Shown here: one piece after another, positions 52,041-63,767 of the stretch
Position numbering within the stretch: the stretch's first letter is position 1
How the letters are laid out: each line of letters begins with the position of its first letter
Made by a program: the position numbers and the translations under genes
Notes under the pieces: model-generated
The model's input: the letters and a program-made list of their open reading frames with translations, nothing else
Databases searched by the model: none
Told to the model about the DNA's origin: nothing
Assembly: GCA_051599415.1 (NCBI GenBank)
Contig: AP039699.1
Location: 1-64,000, forward strand
Source: Savitreella phatthalungensis
Lineage: Eukaryota
DNA length: 64,000 bases
Reading direction: 5' to 3'

Positions 52041-53830
52041 GCATAGCGTTCTCGCCGACTGTCATAAGCATGTATTGCGAAGTGCCATTATCAACCAAGA
52101 GCGATTGTATTGCAGGCAATAGTTAGTGTAGACCATCTAATTCGAGGTTGATCCACAATAGTACACAGCCCGGAGGTAGGCACTCTACCGACGACATACT
52201 CGCGGCCGCACGAGATAAGATCTCTTGGCAAGCCCATTTGAGAACCCGACTGCTTTAGTATCGCTCGCGCAACACACACTTGCTCCCGGAGCAATTCATA
52301 TCTCGATGAGCAAGATATAGTTAACCGTCTTTTCAACCCACGGGCTGAGGTTCTTGGGGTGCTCTCAGTTGATGTTCAATGAATGCTCGTTTCACCTGTA
52401 GTACTACTCACCTGCCGCCTGGCCGCTATCCTCATGATATCGAACGGACCTTGTCTCAGTCGCACCTGTTCTTCACGATGCTGATTCCCTAATCTCCAAG
52501 TCATTAAGATATGTCACAAGCATCTCTTATACAGTGTAAATGTCCCTTTGCCAGACACGAGAAAAGGCAAGTAATCGCCGATCAAGAGGCGCTTGATCTT
52601 CGTTGAACTTAGCTTGAGCGCAAAGCAGCATGTCCATCCTAGTGCTCAGCGCTTCCCAGATTTTTCAAGTAAAGTGCGCATCATCGGGATTGATGCGTAC
52701 AACGGCGCAAGTGGCACCATCACCGAACCTGGCTGGGTCGACTTGCAGATGACACTATGTAGGCAAGCCGGATCCCGCGATTCACGTGCCGTGCGACGTC
52801 GCATAAGGATGTATCAGAAATTAATTTGCGCGCGTTCGAAAGAGAAACATCGCACGAGCGGCAAGAATGATTGACTATATGACGTACAGTGTCGCGGGCG
52901 GCAGTAGCATGACGAGCCTCAGGCTAACAGCCTTGACAAGCTATCTATCTTGTCGTGCCACCGCGCTGTTGTGGTCGAGATTGAGAGCGACTCAATGACG
53001 ACGAGGCAGGTGAATCGACGTACGTAAGAAAACAAGTGGAGGTTCGGCTGGCCAAGCAGCCTCTGAGGTGAGATCAGAAGCGGCAAGATGATTAGATTTT
53101 GCAGAGAAACGTTGGAGGAGGCAGCATTTAGCGTGCAGAGCTGATTATCCATTATTTTTCACTGAACGCATAGTGTAAATAAAATCAGGCTAGCTCTGGT
53201 AGATCAGATAAGATTATCCCTTCCTGTCCTGAAATACGATGTATACATGAAGCCCGGGCGCCTTGGTCAGTTTGAAAGGAGCTTGCGAGCGTTTCTATTC
53301 GTCTCGCATGCGATATAATGCAATGTCGAATATTCATCTTGCTTAATGTCATCACCTATAGCAATATTGAGTTCTTGAAGCTTTAGAGACCTAAGTCTGA
53401 TCAAACCCTATATTGCAGGCAAGGCCGTGGAAGTGGATTTACAGCATTCATGATGTTTACGGAATCGAAGATATAAAATTGTGCATCCGATCTGAGAGCT
53501 GGATACTCGAAGCAACAGAGCAGGACAAAATCGAATCTGAGTCAGGAGCAATATTGCAGCTAGCGATTCGACCGGCTCAAAAACGGCACAGCACGTCATG
53601 TAGTTTTCTCAGACAGTGCACCTCCGCACATGCTTGATTGTCTTTGACCTGGGGCGCTCGAGGCCTGCCTATACTTTGATCGCACGACCAACGATCGACT
53701 ACTGACGCTGTCTCATCCGTTGTCGAAAGGTTTCGACAACATTCGCTGGGCGGCACTATCGAGGGCTGCCGGACCTATTTGCCGGTCCTCTGGTCACGAA
53801 CATCCTAAAGTCCACCTCCAATTCAGGACA

Positions 53831-55717
53831 ATGGTTTCGATAACACCATGCGGGCCGGCATGTGTCTGCGTCGATGGTATGGAAGCAGTCAATAAATTCT
53901 CTACGTCCTCCGGCGACTCAGGCAGCTCTACGACCACTGTCAAGCTACCCCGGCGAAAGCACGCTCGCCGGCTTTCGCTATTCTCGAATGGCCAAGGACA
54001 ATACGATCAAACGCCACATCCTCTTCAGAGGTCGACGATTGAGCATGCTATAGAACTTGAAAATCTGAGCGACGGTGTTCAGTCGCTTGAGACCGGCGAT
54101 CCTACTGGCTCAGGGACTACATGCGCAGCCTGTTGTGACACGATTGCACCGGAGCTTGATTCAATCGTGCGATTTCCAGATGTTGGGGACTCCAAATCCG
54201 CTCTCGCACGCCTGCGATCTAATCAAGCCTTCAATGCCCTTGAGATAGATCTCCGCGAGTTTCGGACGGGCTTGCGATTGACCTCTGTTTTCAGCCTTCC
54301 TCATACAATTGTCGCTTTTGATGAACTCCCCATGTCGCCTCCTGCAACGCCTCCGGTCGATCCCGGCAGCCAGCAGGACGCACGAGCAAGCGCAGACGAG
54401 CATTCGAAAGTCTGTGTCCCGATTAGAAAGTTTCCAGTTCTGGTGCATCCGCCACCGTTCGTACAACCACATCCACCATTTGAGGTCTTTTCTGCACCCG
54501 TTATTGATGCTCACGAGATGACGAAAGCCGGAGCGCTCAAGCGGGTCTACCATATGAGTATCGATGTCTCCGAGTATCCGTTGCCGCCTGGTGAGCACTG
54601 GCTCGTCGGTGGATCCTTCGGCGTTTGCGCTGCAAATGACGAAGCGACGATATCGGACCTGCTCAAGCTGCTTGGAGAGACGAGGGAGTCTGCTAGTCGT
54701 CCGGTCACATTGCGAACGACCGCTGGAAGATGGCCCACCGTTTGGGGGGATGATGAGCCGCGAGTGCTGCAGACGACCAAGTATGAGCTATTGCGGTGGT
54801 GCTCTGACATCTCATCGTGCCCGATTAAGAAGAGCATCCTCCGCGTACTCGCCGAATACGCTGACGCTCCAATCGAGCGCCAGATCTTATTCTGGCTTGT
54901 CTCGAGGCAGGGCCAGGAGGCGTTCTGCACACTTCGCGGAGGTAGTCCGGTCACTCTCGCGCATCTGCTAGCCGCCTTTCCTTCAAGCCGGCCTCCGTTT
55001 GCCCATCTTTTGTCAGTCTTGCCACAACTGTATCCGCGATGGTACTCTCTTTCCAGCGATCCGGAGAAGAATCATGGCACGCTTGATTTCGCGTTCACTG
55101 TAGCCGAGGTGAAGCATTATCTTGGACATGAGCGTCCCGGCGTCGGGTCCGGCTTTCTTGAACAGATCGCGCGTGGCTTCATTGCTGACAAGGACAAGGA
55201 GCCGATGAAGACCGGAACTCATCGCTTACCGATGTTTCGTGGTCTGCACAGCAATCCTTTCACGAAAGACTTTGCAGACACCGGGCCAATGATTCTCATT
55301 GGAGCTGGCGTCGGCATTGCACCCTTCCGTGGCTTTGTGCAACGACGAGTTGCGAGCGCAAAGTGTGCTGGAAAAGTCTATGTGATCCAGGGTTGTCGAG
55401 ACTCGCAATTCGATGGTATTTATGGCTCGGATCTTCAGACTGGAGCGGAGCACTGCATTGTCGAATCGCAGGCTGGTCGCAAGGAGTATGTGCAGGATGA
55501 AGTTGTTCGTCAAGGTGAGCTGATCTGGCGCGTCATGAACGAAGATGGAGGGCGTGTCTACGTTTGTGGCGCTGCAAAGGGCTTCTTGTCCGGGATTGAA
55601 AAGGCCCTTCGGAAGGTCGCGATGAAACACGGAGGCCTCTCGTCTGATCAAGCTACGGAAGTCTGGAAAAAGTGGCAGGATCCGCTAGACCTCAGACTGA
55701 TTTTAGAGGTCTGGTAA
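53831..55717 (+). CDS. FAD/NADPH-binding diflavin-reductase-like protein lacking the FMN flavodoxin domain
   Basis: PRWYSLSS, IGAGVGIAPFRGF, GCR, KEYVQD, VYVCG and terminal EVW. No flavodoxin YGSQTG-like motif. Confidence 0.88.
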   Translation: MVSITPCGPACVCVDGMEAVNKFSTSSGDSGSSTTTVKLPRRKHARRLSLFSNGQGQYDQTPHPLQRSTIEHAIELENLSDGVQSLETGDPTGSGTTCAACCDTIAPELDSIVRFPDVGDSKSALARLRSNQAFNALEIDLREFRTGLRLTSVFSLPHTIVAFDELPMSPPATPPVDPGSQQDARASADEHSKVCVPIRKFPVLVHPPPFVQPHPPFEVFSAPVIDAHEMTKAGALKRVYHMSIDVSEYPLPPGEHWLVGGSFGVCAANDEATISDLLKLLGETRESASRPVTLRTTAGRWPTVWGDDEPRVLQTTKYELLRWCSDISSCPIKKSILRVLAEYADAPIERQILFWLVSRQGQEAFCTLRGGSPVTLAHLLAAFPSSRPPFAHLLSVLPQLYPRWYSLSSDPEKNHGTLDFAFTVAEVKHYLGHERPGVGSGFLEQIARGFIADKDKEPMKTGTHRLPMFRGLHSNPFTKDFADTGPMILIGAGVGIAPFRGFVQRRVASAKCAGKVYVIQGCRDSQFDGIYGSDLQTGAEHCIVESQAGRKEYVQDEVVRQGELIWRVMNEDGGRVYVCGAAKGFLSGIEKALRKVAMKHGGLSSDQATEVWKKWQDPLDLRLILEVW

Positions 55718-56069
55718 GGCTGGGTGTTACGGAAAATCGTTAAGTCACATTCGGCATCGGAGAGAGCTGGTTCCATTCCGTTCGCATACACGATGACAAC
55801 CCGATACGAAAATATGGATGAACATCGTCGGATCACTATGAGAGCATGTCGTTATATATGACGAAAATATGTACAATCACTTGTTCCGAGCCTTGCGCGT
55901 TGCTGACCCCAGACTGCGACGATCGCACTCGACATTGAGGAACTGGGATGTCATGTGTGGCATTGGTGCATCAGACACACAAGCCATTCTTGCGGATCAA
56001 GCAAGCAGGCTTACTTGGGGAGACGATTTTCCGCTCAGAAAACGATCCTGCCTGCCATATTTTTGAAGC

Positions 56070-57752
56070 TCAGCCAAATAATCTGAAGTCGTTCCCTACC
56101 GTCACTGTGGTGGCGTCAGTGTCAATGTCGCGCTGGTTCACTGTGACGTTCTCGTCTACAACAGCGACGCTCTGTCCCAGCAAGCTACCAAAGAGCTCAT
56201 CCACTTGTCCCTCGTGCCAGTTGTTCTGCATCGTCATCTCCGGGGCTAAGAAGTTCTGCAATTTTTCGTGAATATTGAAGCGTAATTTGCGGCCTTTGCT
56301 AGCCCGCGTATCAAGGGGCGCACCGTCTCTACCACGGCGGTCGAGCTGACGGCGACGTTGCTCTGCATGCATAGCGTTTCGCTGCGCCACTAATCGACTT
56401 GCACCGGTCAGACCGGCATCGGCACTAGTCGACTGGTCGGTGGCATCGATCGTGCGAGAATCAATGAGCTCGCGAAGCAGGTCCTGATAATAGTCACCGT
56501 CGTCGTATACTACCTCATCATCTTCTGCTGTAGCTTGCTGAGATGCTGATAAGAAACGCTTGGTGCGAGCTCGTTGTGCAAAGCGGGACCGGTCACCTTT
56601 CAGATCTCTCAGTTGCTGGACTGGATCGAGTCGTTCGGTACTTCGGAAGGCCTTGAATTTCCGGGAGGAATCTTGTGCATGGCCATTCGTTGCATTGACG
56701 CGTCTGGCCCATTTCATGAGGATGCTGTCGCGCCAGCTGTTCAGAACGTCGCGTTTTTCCGTCACGTCCGCGGAGATGGTGCTCAGGTCGACGGGCTTGT
56801 CCACTTTCGCGGCCCACTTACGCTTCAAATTGCCATACTGATTTGGCTCTAAATCCCGAGCGATCATGCGAGCCCGAAGATCGTATAGAGTTTCGACAAG
56901 CTTGAGGCAACTGTGCGTGGCCTTCAATGCGCCATCATCAGCTTTTTCCGCTGTATGTAGTGGTGAGGCCTTGTTCGCATCCTGGACGAGTCGTTGCATG
57001 CGGATGCGAGCGTCTAGAAGAGTTTCAAAGACAGTGATTTGAGCCTTCACTGCGCGCCCCTTGTTGGCGTCCGATGAAAGAGTCTTTGCCGCTTCGCTTA
57101 CTGTCGAGTTACTGTCATTAGCTAGCATTGATTTTAAAGCGGAAATTCTGTCGACTTCTTGACGTCGGTCAACCGATTCGTCGTCGTCATCAGGTCGATT
57201 TTCTCCTTCAGAGACACTATCGTCATCAAAATCATCCTTGGCCTCCTGATTGTTCGCGCGATATTTCGTGGCCTCGGCAGCGAAATCGTCGGCCTGTTCG
57301 CTGCTTTCGACCTCGCGCGATTCACCAGCAGTCGTGCTTTCGGAAGATACGTCGAAATTTGAACTGGACTGGGTCGGATCAGTCCTGGATCTGGAAAGTG
57401 GTGATGATGACCGATCCGACGCACGGGCGTTAAAGATAGCCGCGCGGTCAGTCCTTTCTCCGGCGTAGAGGTGTAAGTCGTTCGCATCCGCTGGTCCGCG
57501 CGCTCGCAAAAGACTTGTGCCGACTGTCAGATAGTGTGCGCGCGCTAGGTCTGACGACTTGTCCGGCGAGCTATTGTCCTGCGACGGGGCTTCGTCGGCG
57601 CTATTGGCTGCGGCATCATCAGTCTCGAGTCGATCGACATCCTCGACATCAATGTCATTTGAGCTCGGTCGATCGAGAGCCTGTAGCTTATGAATCAGCG
57701 ACCTGCGTCCAAGAGTCCCGCGATGCGCATCCTCTGAGGTCGCATTCGCCAT
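56070..57752 (-). CDS. BFR2: AATF/Bfr2 (90S pre-ribosome factor)
   Basis: D..KG.AVK.Q...LLD.RI..Q, YDDGDYYQ.LLRELID and DTRASKGRKLRF..HEKLQNF.AP motifs. Confidence 0.93.
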   Translation of the reverse strand: MANATSEDAHRGTLGRRSLIHKLQALDRPSSNDIDVEDVDRLETDDAAANSADEAPSQDNSSPDKSSDLARAHYLTVGTSLLRARGPADANDLHLYAGERTDRAAIFNARASDRSSSPLSRSRTDPTQSSSNFDVSSESTTAGESREVESSEQADDFAAEATKYRANNQEAKDDFDDDSVSEGENRPDDDDESVDRRQEVDRISALKSMLANDSNSTVSEAAKTLSSDANKGRAVKAQITVFETLLDARIRMQRLVQDANKASPLHTAEKADDGALKATHSCLKLVETLYDLRARMIARDLEPNQYGNLKRKWAAKVDKPVDLSTISADVTEKRDVLNSWRDSILMKWARRVNATNGHAQDSSRKFKAFRSTERLDPVQQLRDLKGDRSRFAQRARTKRFLSASQQATAEDDEVVYDDGDYYQDLLRELIDSRTIDATDQSTSADAGLTGASRLVAQRNAMHAEQRRRQLDRRGRDGAPLDTRASKGRKLRFNIHEKLQNFLAPEMTMQNNWHEGQVDELFGSLLGQSVAVVDENVTVNQRDIDTDATTVTVGNDFRLFG

Positions 57753-58590
57753 GCTTCCAGAGTGACAGGCTCTTGCGGCCGTGCCTGACGTCAACAGGGA
57801 GGAACAATATGTTCCACAATATTTGTGTCAGATCACGGGCTTGTTATATATAGTGATCACCTGTGGAGCTTCAGGAGAACTTCAATATATGCCAGTGGAA
57901 TCAATTGATGTATTAAATTTTATCATTTTTGAATATGGCTAGAGAGGTCTACCATGTATGACAATTAGTGGCTCAAGGATATATATGAGCTGAAGCTTGA
58001 GCTGCGATCAACGTTTTAAGTGCATGAACGATCCACCTCAGAGTTCCCGAATTCGAAGACATCCTCGTCGACGTGTAGCCAGCAGTACCTTGATTCGGCC
58101 CGCTGAGGAAGCCGCGAAATTTGTGCGCCGTCCACTCCAGTGGAACCCAAATCAATTTTATTTCAGCTGATGGATTGCTGAAATTGGAATTGATCAGGAT
58201 CGATCCTATGAGATATCGATCAAATGCATTTGAGTGACCGTTGATTGACTCTAGAGCTTTCCAACTCTTCGAAATCGAAATGAAACATGCACGAAACTCC
58301 AGCTGAACTTGACTTAAATTTCGTGGGCGACTCGATCGGACATCATATGCCGCGATAGCTGGATAAAAGCTGGATGACAGAATGGCTGGATCAATCTTTG
58401 AACACACATAGAATATTGCAGGCTAGACAATTAAAAGGTAGACGACGTCAACATATCGACATAAGCATTCTTTCCCAAGGCGTTCACATACGTGTACAGG
58501 CACGCACACTTAGACAGTCTTCTGGGCAGAGGTCATCCGCATCAGACGTCTTCTGTTGTTCCTCTCCATTATCGAGCGGAAGGATAGATC

Positions 58591-59663
58591 ATGATCAATC
58601 CCTGCAGACGGACCATGATTTCCACGAAACCGGCCAAGGTTTTCATGAGACGCTATAGTCACAATAATCCACTTGTACGTATCACTCTTGCTCTTTACTG
58701 GACTCGCCAGCTCTGACATACCGCAGGGTTTGCCGAGGATGAGCGAGGCGCGGCCATTTCCTCGAATGCAACGCGGTCTACCGCAACGGCGTCCTATTCC
58801 TGGCGTCAACCATGTCGTTGCGATCAGTTCGGCAAAGGGCGGAGTTGGCAAGTCCACGGTCGCAGGTAAAACTAAGACAGAGTGACAACGAGCTCAGTGG
58901 CTGACGTCGATGCTAGTTAACACAGCACTTGCTATGGCTCAGCGTGGTCTAAAAATCGGACTCCTTGACGCAGACATTTTCGGGCCCTCGGTACCTCGCT
59001 TGCTTGATCTCGATGGCCAGCCCGAGCTGTCAGCTCAGGGCAAGCTTCTTCCTCTATCGAACTACGGGATAAGAGCAATGTCAATGGGATTTCTGATAGA
59101 TGATGGCGCCCCCGTGGTCTGGCGTGGCCTGATGGTTATGAAAGCGCTGCAGCAGCTCCTTCACGAGGTCGATTGGGGGACGGATCTGGACGTGCTTGTA
59201 ATCGATATGCCGCCAGGTACAGGTGACGTCCAGCTGACGATTACGCAGCAGATCACTCTGAGTGGCGCTATCATTGTCAGCACTCCGCAGGACATATCTT
59301 TGATAGACGCGGTTCGGGGAATCAGCATGTTTGAAAAGACTGATACTAAGGTGAGCCGTGCATAAGCTGTAAATTCCGAATTCCTTACTGACAATCGAGG
59401 TCATTGGTCTCGTGCAGAACATGAGCCGCTTTGTATGCCCTAATTGCTCCCACGAGACACATGTCTTCGGCGAGGGCGGCGTAGAGAGAGAGGCCCGCCG
59501 AAGGAACATCAAGCTCATCGGCGATATCCCGTTGCACGCGCAGCTGTGTGCCGATGCGGATGCAGGCAAACCGACAGTCGTTTTCGATTCCCAGGGAGTC
59601 CTGAGCCAAAGCTACCACTCTCTCGCTGCTGCAATCGTCCAAGAGATTGGCCTCACCGTATAA
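58591..59663 (+). CDS. IND1: Mitochondrial Fe-S assembly P-loop NTPase Ind1/NUBPL, 4 exons
   Basis: Introns 58675-58726, 58866-58916 and 59351-59399. [41 protein letters not shown] and NMS.F.CPNC motifs. Confidence 0.92.
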
Positions 59664-60064
59664 TCATAGCATCACGATGTCCAATCACACGACCAAGCCT
59701 GAACCCCGGCACAATACTTGGCACTTGATCTTAGCAGTTCCGACCGAGATAGTCAGGGTGGCCTTTACATGCGGAGCACGTGCGAACGAGATTGATCTGT
59801 GATCCTTAATCGATCTTAAATATATGTGTACATATGCGCGCCTCCATGTGTCTAACTTCGTCTCAAACCATCGCGACGCTGCAAACCTACGGCGTATGAT
59901 CGTTCGTGCGAGGACTTTCTTTCTGGTGACATCGGTGCTCTGACAGGGAAGACTGCGACACTGAGGGATACACTTCCGTCCCTGGAACGACCGAACATGG
60001 CGAGGATGCGACTTCAGCATTAACGGCGGTGTCCATACAGATTGTCACGGGACCACCGATCCCA

Positions 60065-61894
60065 ATGTCGGACTGGCGATCGCGCTCGATGCAGCGATTA
60101 TCTAGCTTCTCGGGTCTCGGCCTTGTACCGACCTCGAAGAGAAGATCCGAAAACAATGCCCAGAACGAAAAACATGATCTAGACTCGCTCCAGAATATGA
60201 CGCTACCGGTGGAGCTCGCCCAATCAATCCAGTCTTTCATTGTCAACTTGACAAGTCCGGTTCATAGAGCGCCTTTTTCACCTGAGCGCCTGAGTCGGAT
60301 GTTCCAGGACTTTTACACCGGAACATCTGACTTCATCGACGAGCTGCTGCCAGACCCCAAGAGGCAGACTCATGGAGAGATGCTCACATCCTCGCAGATG
60401 GCCGAACTACGCCAGCACGCAGAGATTCTTGATGATAAACGAGCCACTTTTCGCGAGGAAATCGAGGAGCGTGTCTGCATAGAGATGTATGATCGGATTT
60501 TTGAGCTCCGGACAAGCGACGACGAAGTCCGTGACAAAGCATTAGCAAGCAAGATCGCCGAGATGAATGACGCCGGCTTCAGCTTGGATCACATTGGTGT
60601 CCAGCTGGCAGACATGGATCCCGCTGCAGTACAGAAGACGATTGACAGGATAGGCGAGGATCTCAAGTCGCTCGACAACGCGCTCACGCCGAGATCCAAG
60701 CTTGATATTGTTGTGACATGCCACAAGAGCATTGTTGATGCAATTCAGCAGGCAAACGATCCACATGTGGCCGGATCGAGTCATGCAAACACGATCGGCG
60801 CAGATGACCTCGGGTACCATGGCGACAAGTCCACCACAGATCAACAAGCTGAACAGGCAATCATGCATGGAGAAGTTCCAAAGACGCATGACGACTCGCC
60901 TAGTTCGTCGCAGTCGCAGTTTGCCGTGCGCGGACTCTCTGCAGATGCGATCTTGCCAATTCTCATATATGCCATCGTCCGATCCGGTCCCGGAAAGCTG
61001 ATTTCCCACTTGACGTTCATCCAGAGATTTCGTGCCGCGGAAAGCCTATCTGGCGAGTCCGCGTACTGTCTAACGAATCTCGAGGCTGCCGTCACTTTCC
61101 TGGAAAACTTCGGCGGGGATACTGACGAGGTCAGTGCGCCGCGATGCGGTCCCGAGCCGCACGAGAAAGTGCCTAATGATGATTTGGAAGCAGATCGTAC
61201 GAAGCATACTCGGATTTTGTCTAGAGAACTCCTGTCATCCACGCATGATGATAACAGTAACGCGGACGAGCCAGCGAACTACCTCGGCGCTCGGTCCAGC
61301 TCCTCTGTGGCAAGCGCGAGCCCACACACTGGCAAAGACGAGTCTCGCGGTATCGCGAATAAGTCCCTTCCGGGAGATTCAAGAATGCCACCACGTGCCG
61401 AGCAACGCGAGCGATTTGATCAGGTTGAACAACGCGTTCGTGCCAGGAAAGCGCTCGATGCGTCCAGCAGCTCACGAAATCCGAGCTCTTCCAACAGGAC
61501 CAATATCACTACATCCAGTACAAACCTTCTGGACACCGTTATCCGCGGGGTTAGAGCGACACCAGCGACGACATCGACCATAGCGGCACCGGCCACGGGC
61601 TCAAGCGGGCTGACCAGGCTAGCTAACCTCGGTATGATACGCAGTATTAGCAACAGCTTCCAGGCCACCACAAGAAGCTCGCCCGAGGTCGACAGCAGGC
61701 ATTTTCCACAGGCAGAAGCCCATGTCAACTCGCCGGGAGTCGCCGATATGAGTTCTGCTACAACGCCGTTTCCTCCTAATTCCTCACAGGAGTCACGCTT
61801 CTTGAATATGCACGCGGATGAGTTGACTTTGAGCGACGTTCGTCAATTACTGGCCGCATACAAGCGACTTGTCGGTGGTCAACGACCAAGTTGA
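60065..61894 (+). CDS. VPS9-domain Rab5 GEF
   Basis: P..KL, SADAILPILIY and FIQRFR..GE.AYCLTNLEAA..FLE motifs. Confidence 0.9.
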   Translation: MSDWRSRSMQRLSSFSGLGLVPTSKRRSENNAQNEKHDLDSLQNMTLPVELAQSIQSFIVNLTSPVHRAPFSPERLSRMFQDFYTGTSDFIDELLPDPKRQTHGEMLTSSQMAELRQHAEILDDKRATFREEIEERVCIEMYDRIFELRTSDDEVRDKALASKIAEMNDAGFSLDHIGVQLADMDPAAVQKTIDRIGEDLKSLDNALTPRSKLDIVVTCHKSIVDAIQQANDPHVAGSSHANTIGADDLGYHGDKSTTDQQAEQAIMHGEVPKTHDDSPSSSQSQFAVRGLSADAILPILIYAIVRSGPGKLISHLTFIQRFRAAESLSGESAYCLTNLEAAVTFLENFGGDTDEVSAPRCGPEPHEKVPNDDLEADRTKHTRILSRELLSSTHDDNSNADEPANYLGARSSSSVASASPHTGKDESRGIANKSLPGDSRMPPRAEQRERFDQVEQRVRARKALDASSSSRNPSSSNRTNITTSSTNLLDTVIRGVRATPATTSTIAAPATGSSGLTRLANLGMIRSISNSFQATTRSSPEVDSRHFPQAEAHVNSPGVADMSSATTPFPPNSSQESRFLNMHADELTLSDVRQLLAAYKRLVGGQRPS

Positions 61895-62426
61895 GCTAAT
61901 AGCTGGTCAGGACAAATTTTGGTTTGGACGCCATCTACGTCAACCTGCATCCTCATTTCGATGGCGCTCAGATTGTAAGAATCGTCGGCAGGAATTGCAC
62001 CTGATCTCCAATTTAGACGTGATAGGCGAGATGACAGAATTCTATCAGATTGCCCCAGGCGGCTTCAGCTTCGGGAGATCTGCAGCTAATCTGGCCACAG
62101 TGTCAGTCTGCTATCTGACGAGTAGACCGTCTGGTGGAATCCTTGGCTACTTCATGGGCACCAGTTCATAGAATGGATAGCCGCCGCCAAGAGATGATGG
62201 CGATTCTAAAAATGATAATTGGTCTAGCCGATACATGCATGATGCACCCTAGCTTCGACAACCTCTCATGGCCATCTGGACAGGCCGATCACTCAGTCCT
62301 GTGGACTGACCCCGCATACCACTGTGCCACATAGAACAACTGGATGTGGTTGCTGACCCACTTAGTGGTGCTTGTTCGTTCGCCGGGTGACGTGTCGATC
62401 GACTGTGATCATGTCAAACAAGCACA

Positions 62427-62434
62427 TATATAAA
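62427..62434 (+). promoter_or_regulatory. Putative TATA box of the CipC-like gene
   Basis: TATATAAA ~45 nt upstream of the ATG, followed by an A/C-rich leader. Confidence 0.55.
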
Positions 62435-62472
62435 GTGCTTCCCACACTCTTTAGAACACAAACATCTTAAAC

Positions 62473-62853
62473 ATGTTCGGCTTCGGAGAATCGCATGATG
62501 CGTATCAGCAGGTCTACAACGGTGACGAACGTCACGAGGGCAAATTCTCCCACGAGCTGATTGCCGGTGCTGCTTCGTTTGAAGCCATGAAGGTATTCGA
62601 GGACCGTCAACGTCGCGAGGGTAAGCCGGTGTCACACCAGTTTGCCAAGGAGCTGCTTGCTGGTATCGCCGGAGGTGAGGCCGACAAGCTTTTTGAGACC
62701 AAGGGCCTGGACTACATTGACCAAGAGCGTGCCCGCAATGACGCACGCAAGAATGCAGAGCGCTTGTATGACGAACACTACGGAGGATACGACGAGTACA
62801 ACCCGCAAGAGCAGCGTCCGCATGAGCACATCCAGCGCTACGGTGACTACTAG
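62473..62853 (+). CDS. CipC-like protein (DUF3759)
   Basis: SHELIAGAASFEAMK.FED..R.EGKP.SH.FAKELLAG..D.L.ETKGLD. Confidence 0.9.
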   Translation: MFGFGESHDAYQQVYNGDERHEGKFSHELIAGAASFEAMKVFEDRQRREGKPVSHQFAKELLAGIAGGEADKLFETKGLDYIDQERARNDARKNAERLYDEHYGGYDEYNPQEQRPHEHIQRYGDY

Positions 62854-62969
62854 GCTATGAGAATTCATTAGATTTATGAAGAGGTCATGTACTATCCGTG
62901 ATGAAGGTGGAAATCGTGTAAGTCATGTCAAAAGATCGTCGAGGTCGTTGCGTTTGACGGAGATCTCCC

Positions 62970-63767
62970 TCACCCGGTCGAACTCCCTTGTCGGCGGAGA
63001 AGATCAGTCGCGCTCTGGAGATCGTCTGCCGAGCCTATCGCCTGCAAATCGGCCGCTTCGCGTTCATACGAGCCTTCTGGCACTGTCTCCAGCAGTACTT
63101 TCTCGATGTACTGGCTGCGTTCTGTTTGCTCGAGTCGATCCAAAATGAGCGTTTTGTTCGTGAGCTTTTTGACTTCAGACAGACCACCCTTCAGTGCGTG
63201 GACTTGCTCCTGAAGGAATTCGACGTTGTCTCGCACCGGAGCAACTTCTGCGGCCTTGGCTGCTGTCTCTAAAAATGTCAGCTCCGCAGAGTGTTTCATG
63301 AGCAGCTCCGACTGTCTCGCAATTGCGGCGTTCTCGCGCAACAATGCTTGTCGGACGCGCAGCTCCGCGGCATAGGTCCGGCGAGCGCGCGCAAGCTCTT
63401 CATCGATTTCTTCGTTGGCTCCTGATCCTGGAGCAGCCCCGACCACATCAATATCTTCTTGATGAGCAAGCTTGACGTGTCCCAGCAGATCTGCTGGTAT
63501 ATGGACAATGTTGCGGAGTACAAATAGTTCAAAAGCATCGAAATTACGATCCACGGCAGACTCCAGTAAGGTCTCGAACTTGTGTATGCCCGTCTCGAGC
63601 TCGTCGTCAGGCATGGCATCGGCTGGTAAGGTGCGGAAAAGGGTCTCTATCGCACTCACACTCTTGTACAGCAGAGCATTAGCAGTGTTGATGATGTCGT
63701 CTATCAGCGACAGTGGCGGAAACGTCAGATGTTCAGTGATGAGCACCTCTTGCGCCGGGAAGGCCAT
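62970..63767 (-). CDS. mis12: Kinetochore protein Mis12/Mtw1
   Basis: ITEHL.FPPLSLIDDIIN..N...G.H.FETLLE..VD.NFD.FEL.VLRNI. Confidence 0.92.
   Translation of the reverse strand: MAFPAQEVLITEHLTFPPLSLIDDIINTANALLYKSVSAIETLFRTLPADAMPDDELETGIHKFETLLESAVDRNFDAFELFVLRNIVHIPADLLGHVKLAHQEDIDVVGAAPGSGANEEIDEELARARRTYAAELRVRQALLRENAAIARQSELLMKHSAELTFLETAAKAAEVAPVRDNVEFLQEQVHALKGGLSEVKKLTNKTLILDRLEQTERSQYIEKVLLETVPEGSYEREAADLQAIGSADDLQSATDLLRRQGSSTG

Noticed and set aside
52050..53700. Short ORFs in the 1.7-kb gap between the MFS gene and the reductase
   Set aside because: No recognisable domain or consistent exon chain.
50610..55717. MFS transporter plus reductase as a secondary-metabolite cluster
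   Set aside because: No backbone synthase, P450 or pathway regulator nearby.
57973..58407. 144-aa ORF in the AT-richer BFR2/IND1 divergent region
   Set aside because: No recognisable motifs; it lies in a probable bidirectional promoter region.
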